DNA of 64,000 nt, taken from the human T2T-CHM13v2.0 reference genome, Homo sapiens. Shown here one piece after another: positions 52,375-64,000 of the stretch (position 1 is its first letter; each line of letters starts with the position of its first letter). The notes beneath the pieces were generated by a model, which saw nothing but the letters and a program-made list of their open reading frames with translations, searched no databases and was not told the origin of the DNA. The position numbers and the translations under genes are program-made. Location: assembly GCF_009914755.1 (NCBI RefSeq), contig NC_060929.1. One strand, given 5' to 3'.

Positions 52375-54281
52375 GAGAATAATAGTGTTTATGGAAAGAA
52401 AATTTCCTTTTCCAGCACCTTCCCCAAAGCCAAGTAAGAGAGATCTCCATAAAATTACTTGTTGTGGAAGGCACTGTTGACTGCCTCTCCCCAGCCCCAA
52501 ACCACTGTTCTTTTGCCTGTTCTACTACACAGACTACAAAAGCTAAATCCTTACTATCCCAGCTGCCCCTATAGCTAATGATAGCCATGTGGTAGCATGC
52601 TAGCCAGGGAGATCTAAGTGGAAATCTTGACAGTACCAGCCTTCCCCCTTCTTCCTTGTCTCGCAGGTAGAATGTGGCAGTTCAGGCTACAGCAACCATC
52701 TTGGAGGAAAAACTCAAGAGACGGGCAGCAGCGCTGGCTCTGAAGTGTCTGGATCACGAAACTAATTCCAACAACCAACTACATCACATAGGAAGATCAT
52801 TCAGTAGGTACGAGCAAGGGGTTCTGAGGTTAGGTTGATGGGGGTGGATCCCAGCTCCACTTCTCAATGGTTCTGTGACCTTGTGCAAATCACTTATCCT
52901 CTCTGTGCCTCAGAAAAAGAAAGGAGAAAATGCAAACAAATGCCAGTACACCGTAAGCACTCAACAAACATGAGCTATGGTATTCTTTTAACTCCACACT
53001 TTTAGAAGTTTGTGCCAGTTCCTTATTGAAAAGGGAATTCACAATTAAGATAGTCTTCTGTCAAAAACGTGGGGCAGAAACTTAAGTCCTGGGGGCCTGT
53101 CCATGGACAAAAGCAAACCCAAGAGTAAACAGAGTCACAGAAGTCCTGCCAGCAGCAGCTGAGAGGAGCGACTTTGAGGTTTTCTAACTGCAACACAGCA
53201 ACCATACTGTTCAGCTGCATACCACCCCACATGCTGAACACACACCCTGACCTCCACATGCCACCCAGACCACAGCCAGGGTCCCTGAAGGCCCTCTCGC
53301 ATTTTGCACCAACCACAGATCACATACTTACAGGAATGAGATGAGAGGATTCCTAGGAGATAAGACCTGTACTTGATTTTCTTATATCACTGAGCATCTT
53401 GCTTACCTCAGGATATGAGTGCTCTTACCAAATATTATTCAAAAATTAGGGCCAAAAAATACAGGCAAAATGACTACCCTAGGTATTAAGGGTCATTAGA
53501 AGGAGTGTGTCATTCAGATGTTCTTTCTATTTCTGGATTGCCAGAGCAAGGCGTCAAAGACTCAAGGACACAATTTCAAAAACAGAATGGACACCCAAGG
53601 AGGATAAGTGAAAAATCCAATTTTGGCCATCACCATGACATCTCATTATTGTTCCCTTTTGGTAAGATTCACCTGAAACTCTCTAGAGGTATTTTTTCTC
53701 CCCAGACATCCTGAACTGAGGCACACTGAGAAAGACAGTGAAGATCACAGTGAGAGAGGAAAATACCAACCCTGGGCACACATCTGCAGTCAGCAGAAGG
53801 GTCAGGGCATTAAGTTTGGATAACTGAGAGCACCAGAGGGGCAGAATATGACAAGTAAACCACCCAGAAGAGAGGACAGCCTGGCAAGCAATAAATTTGG
53901 CATCTGGAGAAATAAGGTTGGACAGATATGGAGAGCCAGGGAAAACAAGCAGTAAATTATAATTTTTTTTTTTTCAAAAAAGGAAGAAGGCAGTCTGATC
54001 TTTTGGGAACTTCTCATGTCATTGGGATTGTTGGCATTTTTCTGTAAGTCTAACAAGATGGTCAGAGTTAATGTGATTCTGTGAGTGTACTAGGAAAGTA
54101 CCCGTGACTCTAAACCAATAGGCAGAATTTCCAAAAGAGCAGAGCATCATTCCTTTGGAATTAGTTCAGAGAAATACTGATGAATTTCATAACCGTCTTC
54201 TGGAATAGTATAGCCCAAACACTTCTTCTTTTTAATATTGCAAAATGTTTCCGTTTTGTTTTTTTTTTTTTTTTATCACAG

Positions 54282-54347
54282 GGAGCTAACTCAGCACACA
54301 CTCACTTTATCTGACTCGTGTCGCTTGGAAGGGCAAGAGTGCTTCAG
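54282..54347 (+). other. Candidate 66-nt exon (unassigned, probably non-coding transcript)
   Basis: Long poly-T tract plus atcacag acceptor and consensus donor CAG|gtaaga. Confidence 0.4.
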
Positions 54348-55746
54348 GTAAGAAAATAAAGATGCTACTAATAGGACCTGCCCATGGAGGAGCAAGATGC
54401 ACTGCAGCCTCACCTGATTTATCTTCAGTAATAGTTTCCAGGAGAAGAGAGACACAGTGAGAACGAATTGCATTCTATGTAATGTTTTGCTTCAAAGGAT
54501 GCTTTGGCTCATTTTTCTGCTGCTTGTACATGCTGCAAATGAGAAAGTACCTGGCTGACAGTTTGCCTTCTGATTTATAGGAAAGGTCATTTAATCCCAA
54601 GTAAGCATTTTGCTAAATAGTAAGCTCTCCCATCCTCCCCAACCCTTTCCCGAGTCCCTTTATATTTCTTGGTATAACTTGAGTTTCTGGTCTGTACCTA
54701 TAGAAGGAGCAAATGAAATGTTCTTATGACTATATTGCTCAAGGTGATTTTTAGGTGTGAATTTGCAAAATATTGAGTGGAGTAATTTGAGTTTTACATA
54801 TATATATATGACTTTCATGATTAGTTTGAATATAAATATGACACTATATACTTGTGATACATGTAGCTAGAATATTCATGAAATTAATCAGTAAATACTA
54901 TTTGTATCAATGATATTTTCATACAATATTTATGGCATTACCAAAAACAAAAAAACTTAGACTCTGCAAAATACAGCATCAGGAAAATAAAACCCGTTTT
55001 TCCTCACTTGCAAACTTCTGAGTTTTAGAATATTTTTATATAATATTGGTTCAAGTTAAAGAAAAACTGCCTAGAATTATATTTTTCAAAGTATATCCCT
55101 TTAAATGTAAATAATGACCTATTTTTCTTCCAAGTACTTAATGATATCATTGCAATTACCAGAGACCCCAAGGATAGAAAATAACAGTCTCAAAACAATT
55201 ATCTCCCTTACAGGCAGAACAAAAAAAAAAAAAACTCACTACCATCAGAGATATCAGAAAATAAATTAACAGAAACAGAGATATTTACATATCTTCAATA
55301 AAAGTACATCATCAAGAAGTCAGAGCATAAATAAAGGCAGAGGAAAACCCTTGCACTTGCCCTCAAAACAATGTGCTGAAGTGTCCAGAGCCTCATACTC
55401 TCTAATTCTTTCTATATTAAAATGGTATATCACACCTGCCAAGAGACCAAGGTGAAAGCAGAAGGTCACTGGCGATGTTTGCTGGTGTGTAATTGTTTGC
55501 CGAGCAGCAAAGTTATCAAAGAGCTGGTCCTGTGATTGGGACCAGGTCTGGCTGGTTTCGTGGTCTGGCATGGTGGTCCAGGATGTGCACCTGTCACAAA
55601 CACAGGTAGAGACACCAGCCCTGGCCCAGGAAAATAGAAGAGGCAGATAAAACCACACTTGCCACCCAGTGTCAATAAAGCCCTAGACTGTCCGCAGCTC
55701 AATTCAGTGCTATTATTATTCCTCTTCAGGTTCTAAAGGCTTATTT

Positions 55747-56653
55747 ATTTTTATTTTTTTTATTATTATACTTTAAGTTCTACGGTACATGTGCACAACG
55801 TGCAAGTTTGTTACATATATATACAAGTGCTATGTTGGTGTGCTGCACCCATTAACTCATCATTTACATTAGGTATATCTCCTAATGCTATTCCTCCCCC
55901 CTACCCCCACCCCACAACAGGCCCCGGTGTGTGATGTTCCCCTTCCTGTGTCCAAGTGTTCTCATTGTTCAATTCCCACCTGTGAGTGAGAACATGCGAT
56001 GTTTGGTTCTTTGTCTTTGCGATCGTTTGCTGAGAATGATGGTTTCCAGCTTCATCCATGTCCCTACAAAGGACATGAACTCATCATTTTTTATGACTGC
56101 CCAGTATTCCATGGTGTATATGTGCCACATTTTCCTAATCCAGTCTATCATTGTTGGACATCTGGGTTGGTTCCAGGTCTTTGCTATTGTGAATAGTGCC
56201 GCAATAAACATACGTGTGCATGTGTCTTTATAGCAGCATGATTTATAATCCTTTGGGTATATACCCAGTAATGGGATGGCTGGGTCAAATGGTATTTCTA
56301 GTTCTAGATCCCTGAGGAATCGCCACACTGTCTTCCACAATGGTTGAACCAGTTTACAGTCCCACCAACAGTGTAAAAGTGTTCCTATTTCTCCACATGC
56401 TCTCCAGCACCTGTTGTTTCCTGACTTTTTAATGATTGCCATTCCAACTGGTGTGAGATGGTATCTCATTGTGGTTTTGATTTGCATTTCTCTGATGGCC
56501 AGTGATGATGAGCATTTTTTCATGTGTCTGTTGGCTGCATAAATGTCTTCTTTTGAGAAGTGTCTGTTCATATCCTTCGCCCACTTGTCGATGGGGTTGT
56601 TTGTTGTTTTCTTGTAAATTTGTTTGAATTCTTTGTAGATTCTGGATATTAGC
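55747..56653 (-). mobile_element. 5'-truncated L1PA (about PA3-6) with ORF2 C-terminus
   Basis: ORF 55969..56571 is the L1 ORF2 tail ([18 protein letters not shown]); TSD ctaaaggcttattt at 55733-55746 and 56654-56667. Confidence 0.96.
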
Positions 56654-57384
56654 CTAAAGGCTTATTTTTAATTCAAATAACTATTCTCAAAATTAAATTG
56701 AGCCCATTTTCAAAGCCAAATTTCATGAGACACTGCAATCCAAGACAATACTTTACTCTGTATAAATGTGTTCCCTCTCCTGCTTTCTCTTGATGCAATT
56801 CCATCAAAGCTGTTCAGTTCTGCAATTCTATTAAGACCATTATTTGTCTTACATTTGACATATCCCCTTGGCTTGTGTATTAGCTAACCTGGGGGGAAAA
56901 CCTTCCCTGAAGGTATTCCTGCCTTCTGTAATAAATCATTTCAGATTTCTCTGTGATATCTCCTCTGATATTTTGTTAATTTGAACCTCAGAAGATCTTG
57001 TGATTTCTGGGGTTATTTTACCCTTCATAATAATGCGGTCGCTTTGTATCAGAACAAATCTCTAAAAATAAGTTCAATTTTAGCATTCACTGAGTTATGC
57101 TAATTTCATAGCACCTGAGAGTTTCAGTTGTTCTCTAAGGAATGGTCATCTATCATGTTTAACTTGCTTTTCAGTTATTTTCTATGTTAAAAAAAATACA
57201 TGTTTGCTCTTTCAGCCACAGCAGAATCATCATTGTACTTCAGATATCTAACTGCCATAATGAACATTCCCAGACTAAGAGCAGATCACAGTTCAGTCTG
57301 GGGTCTGTCTTTCCCAAGTGTGAGCCTGAAAGTGAGGTGACAGTTTGGTAAAATATACCCCTGACATCCCCTCTACCGACTGAG

Positions 57385-58240
57385 TGATAGTGATCTTCAA
57401 AATTGGACATGGTCATCTCTGAGGGTAACAGAAAAATATCTAGGGAGTGTGAAGCCTATGTTTAGATCCTCAATTTCTTTATGTACACATTCCTAAAACT
57501 GATTTTCTTGAAATAGTGCTGGAGGTCATACGGGTCCTCACCCCTTTTATAATATACCTTTTCTTACTTAATGCTGGTGCATTTTCTCAAGTGGTTGTAC
57601 AAAGAGAGAAGATAAATGGTCTTATAAGCAAGTCACCTTAACAACCTCTCTCAATCCAATTCATTATGGAATGCATTCCCCCTACGATTTTACTTTCATG
57701 GGTAATAATTTATTATAATTTGTAACAAATGTACATTGTTTGACCCATTGTATGTGAGAAATAATTGTAGTAAGTCAATTTAAAAGAAAAATGTTCACAT
57801 TTTAGAACCCTATGATCATATGAATTTTTTTAATTTAACTTTATGTATTTATTTTTGTTCTAGAGAATTATGGTGAAGTGAAAGGCTTTCAAACATAACA
57901 ATATGTTACATTAGAATGCGTCACTGTATAGAAGGAAAACAGAAATATGATAGCTAGACTAAGAAAAAAATGATGCAAGAGTTTCTAGTATTAAAAAGGT
58001 GCTTCTTCATGCATTTTTAAAACAGATGATGGTGGAAATCAAATCACTATGGAATTCATATATTTGGAATTCAAATATTTGTTAAATATATTCAAAAGAG
58101 TGATCTGAAAGTTTTATTCAAGATGTCAATATTTGCCAAATACTATTATAGAAATTATATCCTTCGGAACATTTAAATATATAATGAAAATGTTTAAGTG
58201 ACAACTTTAAAATGTGGAGGAGAATACCTAAGTTGAACAC
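57385..58240. mobile_element. Possible old hAT-Charlie fossil
   Basis: AT-rich segment starting 'agtgatcttcaaa' that resembles a Charlie-type terminus; weak. Confidence 0.3.
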
Positions 58241-59174
58241 TATTGTTATATATCCAGGTATCTGTTGGCGAGAGAGAGATTGAGATTATCTATACTTGCA
58301 AAGTGATTGGCAGATCACTTCTGACACTCACCTAAAGGTTAAAAGTATTAAGTCTAGAAGAATGAAATCATTTTACATTGGACATGTTAATGCCAAATAA
58401 TCCAATATAAATATGAATAATTTGAAAAGGCCATCTTTAGTCAATTTCCACTTATTACGTCCAAGTCAGTAGATCCAATGTAACACAATTCACAGTTGGC
58501 TTAGGCCCCTGTCGTTTTCACAACACCCATGAGGGGTACTATATTAAAAGAACAGTAAGCAGACGAAAGAATAGGTCAAACCAAACTGAAAAACTGAAAA
58601 ACCAAACTTACAAATGAGAAATACTGTTATGAACATATGCATAAAATGTTATTTAAAGATGTCAAGATAGAATGTTTGCTACAGAACATGGATGAATCTG
58701 ACAGCCTAAATTCCTTTATTTCTAAACATCTCAGTTCATCTCTTCCTCCTGGGAATCTAAGCATGTCAATTCAAGTGAACTGGGCCATTCACAGAGGTTT
58801 ATTCTCCCTCCTCCCCAACATACTCAGATTCATTTGGGTAAACACACAGTCCTTATCCCTCTCATCTTCCTTCTTCCTTTCTCCCTTGGTGTGATCCATG
58901 GGCTGCATAGACATTGACTTTTGTAGAACCCTGGCTTCAGGAGGAATGGGGTATCTTGTTCACTAAAATTCTCTGCTCACACTGGCTTCCACTGAGATAT
59001 AATTTGCCTCATGTGGGTCTCCAGTGGTATCCAGTATTAAAGTCTGCAATCTTGAACTAGCCTCAGATGGCCAGGTCATACTGTTTGAGTCGTTCTCAGC
59101 CTAACCATGAGATCTATGGAGCCCAGCTGTTATCTTTTGATTGTTCTGTACCTCACATAGGGGCACTTGGACAC

Positions 59175-59550
59175 TGTTATGAGCTGAATTCTGTCCCTCC
59201 AAAATTCACATGTTGAAGTTATAACAACCAGTACCTCAGAATGTGACTGTATTTGCAGATAGGGCCTTTAAAGAGAGAATTCAGGTAAAATTAGGCCATG
59301 GGTCCTAATCCAATATGACTGGGGTGTCCTTATCACCAACAGACACAGAGACACAGAGGGAAGACTATGTGAAGACGCAGGGAGAAGACAGCCATCTACG
59401 AGCCAAGGAAAGAGGGCTCAGAAGAAATCAACCCTGATGACATCTTGATTTTGGACTTCTAGTCTTCAGAACTGTGAGAGAATACATTTCTGTTGTTTAA
59501 GCTGCCCAATCTGTGCTATTTTGTGATAGCAACCCTAGAAAACTAATACA
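59175..59550 (+). mobile_element. MLT1A/B solo LTR
   Basis: tgttatgagctgaattctgtccctccaaaattc...aaactaataca; near-TSD gacac/ggcac. Confidence 0.9.
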
Positions 59551-60219
59551 GGCACTCTCAGCTGCTCCCCTTGTGTTCAGGTGGTAGCACGGAGGACTCA
59601 GCTTGTGACCCTCAAGGTATTCAGCCCAAAAATACCTCCCTCAGTCAGTGCCGGTCCACTGATCAGCACCTTGTGAAGATGCGGCTGCTCTCAGAGGCTT
59701 GCATATGCCTGGATATCCCTGGGCTACTCCACTCTTGAAAAATCTCCAACATATTTAATCTTTGGTTTCTGCTCCTTTCCTCCCCACCCTCAACTTGTTT
59801 GACAGTTTTAGCCCGGGACTGTTCGTGGGGGGGAACAAAAAACAAACAAACAAAAATGGATCCCAGACTCCCTTCACAGACAGTATGGCCAAGGACTTAT
59901 TCCATCACTTTGTCTTTCACTAGACTTTCCTTCTCCTATTGGTGAATTTGACCTTCTTTCTGAATGGCAGGAAAAGTTGGCCAGAGATAGTCTTCTAACC
60001 CCATTGTTTATGCCAGGACCTGGGTTCTTGATTTTCAGTAAGTCTCTTCTCTCAATGCTGTCTTCCCAACCCAAATTTACAAAAATATATTTTAGAAATT
60101 CAAAAGCCAAGAATTGGACTCTTGGGACTTTTTGTTACTTCAGTATTATAGCTTCCACGAGGGCAACGTGAATAGTGAGCTATTGTTGCATACTGAAGAG
60201 CGAAAGTAGCTCATATCTT

Positions 60220-60370
60220 CCATTCATTCATCCATTTTCTTCAACAAATACTTATTGAGGCCTTACTTCATGTCAGGCACTGTTTCAGATACAAGTGTAA
60301 ACAAAGATATGTCCTTACCTATATGGACCTAACATCCTGGGGCAGGGAGAGTGGCAATGGCAACAAATAC

Positions 60371-60435
<65 letters not shown>

Positions 60436-60740
60436 TATGAGAGTAGCAAGTGAAGAAACACAAAGCAGGGAAAGTGTCCAGTGAAGGGGTTCCTGGTGGT
60501 TAGGAAATGTCTCTCAAAGGAGGTAATAGTTTGTGTACAGACCTGAAGGGATTGGGGGAGTAAACAATTTTAATTTTTTGGTCAGTGTCTTCCTAGCAGA
60601 GAAAACTACAAGTGCAAAGCTCTGAGTTAATGAGGTACCTGTTGTGTTCAAGGAACACCAGGAAGGCCAGCATGGCTGGAACAAATGGGCCATTAGAGGA
60701 ATGTGGTCAAAAGGAGATCTGGGTGGCAGGGGCAACCCTT
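60220..60740 (-). mobile_element. L2 3' end containing a (TA)n tract (60379-60430)
   Basis: 'cattcattcatcc...caacaaatacttattgagg...tgttcaaggaacaccaggaaggccagcatggctggaac'. Confidence 0.8.
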
Positions 60741-61032
60741 AGAACCCAAGGAACCAGAAACCATGGGGTTGAAAACTCTGTTAACTTTATTAAATATTAA
60801 CCTACTGAGTTTACATCTTATTAAAGTATGATAGCTTCTACAAGACTGTTTTGAGGGAGAAAAAAGAGGAGTAATGTAGCTACCAGTGACAAGAAAGGAG
60901 AGTTGATTGAGTTAAAGATTCAGAAAAACAAGGCAGATGGAACAAGAATTTGGCTGAAATGATTACAATACAAAAATACTCCACCCTAACAAGTATGGGG
61001 CAAGCTCAGGGCTATCATGACTGTCACTCAGG

Positions 61033-61187
61033 CAGTGTTCTAGACAAGGATACCTGGGCAAGGAGGTGAGTGGGGTTGAAATCCAGCTGCCTACCGTTTG
61101 CCATGCCGCACCGTGGTACAGGGCTGCATTCAACTGGATGTGTTTTCTAATTCACATCAGGGTGCTATATAGGCTTGTATAGCCCTA
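61033..61187. mobile_element. MER91-like hAT-Tip100 MITE
   Basis: 'ggggttgaaatccagc...cagggctgc...ggtgctatataggct...gccct'. Confidence 0.5.
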
Positions 61188-62264
61188 GATGTACTGTGCA
61201 TTGCTAGTGGAGCAGCAGATTCCCCTAGAAACCTATGTAGCAATATGTATCAAGAGTCTTAAAATGTTGAGTGCTTTTAACCCAGTAATCTTGATATTAG
61301 GAAATATTTTCTGAGTTCTTTTGCATGACTGCCATTATTCCATTTTTGCTCTGCACCCTACATTTTACAGAGTTTATGGCTATCTGGTTTTGGGTTTTCT
61401 CTTTGCTCACCCTCTGCCAATCCTTTCCTAGCCTGACACACAGTGTGGTATATGTGGATTTGGCATTATGCTATGTAAATAGGCTAACTAGGCATCTAAG
61501 GTGAGGCAAGAACCACATCTACATGCAGACACCCAAAGCCAAAATGTTCAAACCAAGGTTAATAAATCCAAACACCATCAACAGTCAAAGCATAAAGCAA
61601 GCTGAAATGGACAAGTAGGCGGAAAGTCCAAAAATACTAACAAGTAAGTCTGAAGGAAACAGCAGGTAATCCTGTGCACAAGGGCCCAGATGAAATCTTG
61701 TTCAATGGCTGGTTCTGTTCTACCATCCTTTATCTGCGGTGGGTCCTCATGTTGGTATCCCAAGCCTTAGGGCACTGTGGCCCAATCTCTTACACTTCAC
61801 CAAATATGAAAGAAGAAAACAGTAGAGGATAAACCATAGAGGCAGCAAGCATGCTTCATCTCACAATCTAACTCCAGTTGCTTGAAATGGCTCTTTGCAG
61901 CTCTGTGTGAATGTGGATCATGATTTGTCCCCCATGAGTGAAAATACAGAGAGCAGCGTCATTACTCCTCAGAAACAACCCTTTCTTTAATATACGCACC
62001 ACCTCTCCTGCTGCTCAGGAGAAGGGAAATCTGTTTCCAGGGATGACTTAAAATGGGGTAAGAGCTGCTGGGTAGGAAAGCCTAGTATGGAGAGAGTCTC
62101 AAGATGTTCTGTAAAAACTGCAAAGTGGGGATTATAGTAACCACACTTTTTATTTCTGTAAATGATCTTTTAACATTTACAAAATAGCTATTAGTTATTA
62201 TAAAACCCTGGCTTACCCAAACTATCTGGAGACTTCAGATAACCCCAAACCACATACCTTAACA

Positions 62265-62570
62265 GTTGCAGTGAACGCAAATTTCACAGGAGTGCCACGT
62301 TCAAACATAGCCAGCCAATCCTAAGTCCACATACTCTGCCCTGCCCACCCCTTCCACAGAAACCACAATAATGGTATTTGCTCATCATCCTGTCCCCTCT
62401 CTCTGCCTCCTGAAAGACCCTGGTACTTCCTCCTAGTGACCCTGTATGGCCTGCTATGTCCTCCCCAGGGAACTGTGAGTATAATAAAATTGGGAAACTC
62501 TTTCCAGTTTCTCTCTCTTGATCTGCATCTGACCTCATCATACCTCTCCCAAGATAATATGATTAAAACA
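62265..62570 (+). mobile_element. ERV1-class LTR fragment (MER39/MER21-like)
   Basis: 'cagccaatcctaag...cagaaaccacaataa...gggaactgtgagtataataaa...ttaaaaca'. Confidence 0.55.
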
Positions 62571-62573
62571 GGG

Positions 62574-63025
<452 letters not shown>

Positions 63026-63228
63026 TCAGAAATGGCAAACACAATGTTTAGTTCAAGTAGCAGGGAACTGAGGCAGAGAACAATTAACATTTAAAAAATA
63101 CTGTTAGGAAGACAAAATAATAGCCGAGTGGACTAAAATTAGTGAAAAGAAACAGGTAAATTAAGCAAATTGGCCATTCAGTGAATTGTCTTTCAGCAAA
63201 TTAACCCATAACGGATATAATTGGTAAT

Positions 63229-63630
63229 AAAGAAGGAATGGAATTTAACAAAGATTTAGTAATTGTCCCTGAGGGATGACCTAACAATTGCAAATGTTGG
63301 ATGTCATTGTAAACAAGCCTTTTAAATTTTAAAGATTACTTTTAAAGCAATACAGTGAGTGGTTAGAGTGTAGAGATCATAAATACATACCCACAGGACA
63401 AATAAAAAAAAAACTGTCCTAATGTTACGCAAATGGATTCTAGTGGCTTGGGATAAATTTCCAGTGACAGGATCATGCATGATTCACAAAGTACTGTATC
63501 TCAAACAACTTCAGTGGAAGTGAAGGTGACATGCCTAACAAAACTGCATTAGAGCATTCAAAAAGTGGCTATAGTGATGATGAAGACATGGATGTCAAAG
63601 ATAAATGTGAAGAGCATGAAGAAAAATGAA
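63229..63630 (+). pseudogene. Fossil pogo/Tc2 (Kanga-like) DDE transposase C-terminal fragment
   Basis: Frameshift-corrected manual translation KEGMEFNKDLVIVP-GMT*QLQMLDVIVNKPFK..QYSEW..PTGQIKK..KWILVAWDK..FTKYCISN resembles the DDE_1 region of POGK-type proteins. Confidence 0.75.
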
Positions 63631-64000
63631 AGTTAAAAAAAAGAAAAAGGTCTTTAAATGCACATTATTTTATCTAGCGTAATTTTAAACATCAGCACAC
63701 CTAAATTAAATATAACAACTATGCTCTTGGCTGTTTTATCTATATCTCTTAATGTTTATTTATTCAAGTTTGAAAAACAAGTTGTTCCATCTTCTCATAA
63801 GGAAACCAGAAGATTAAGGTCACTTTATGGATAGGGCTTACAGTAAGCAGGTAGTAGGAAATGATCAGAGTCATGTGATTCCAAATGACAAAGAACATGA
63901 CTTGACCTTGGAATCTAGGAAAGCTCTCTGAAGAAATGCTACTTAAGGGCTGACAAGATCAAAGGGGAAAAGGAAGGCTGTTCCAGAACAAGTAACTAGC

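Overview
This window is primate (most likely human) euchromatic, gene-poor DNA, judged from Alu J/S/Y, L1PA, MIR, L2, MaLR/MLT and HERV-L sequence. I find no intact protein-coding gene, RNA gene, CpG island or CRISPR-like array. The only ORFs with real protein homology are transposon fossils: HERV-L pol/dUTPase, the L1 ORF2 C-terminus and a pogo/Tc2-type transposase fragment. The dominant feature is a ~6.2-kb compound tandem repeat (11272-17469): a layered TA/TG minisatellite with an embedded 20 x 34-bp block, followed by an almost pure-AT palindromic tract. Also notable are a HERV-L provirus whose 5' LTR is fused directly to RT, a solo MLT2A1 LTR, a perfect OCT4-SOX2 composite motif in unique AT-rich DNA, a Harbinger-like MITE with TAA target duplications inside a homeobox-motif-rich segment, and a few orphan exon-like units. 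Repeat family names come from recalled consensus sequences, not from a database search, and boundaries of old repeats are approximate. I cannot name the locus, and functional ideas are hypotheses only.
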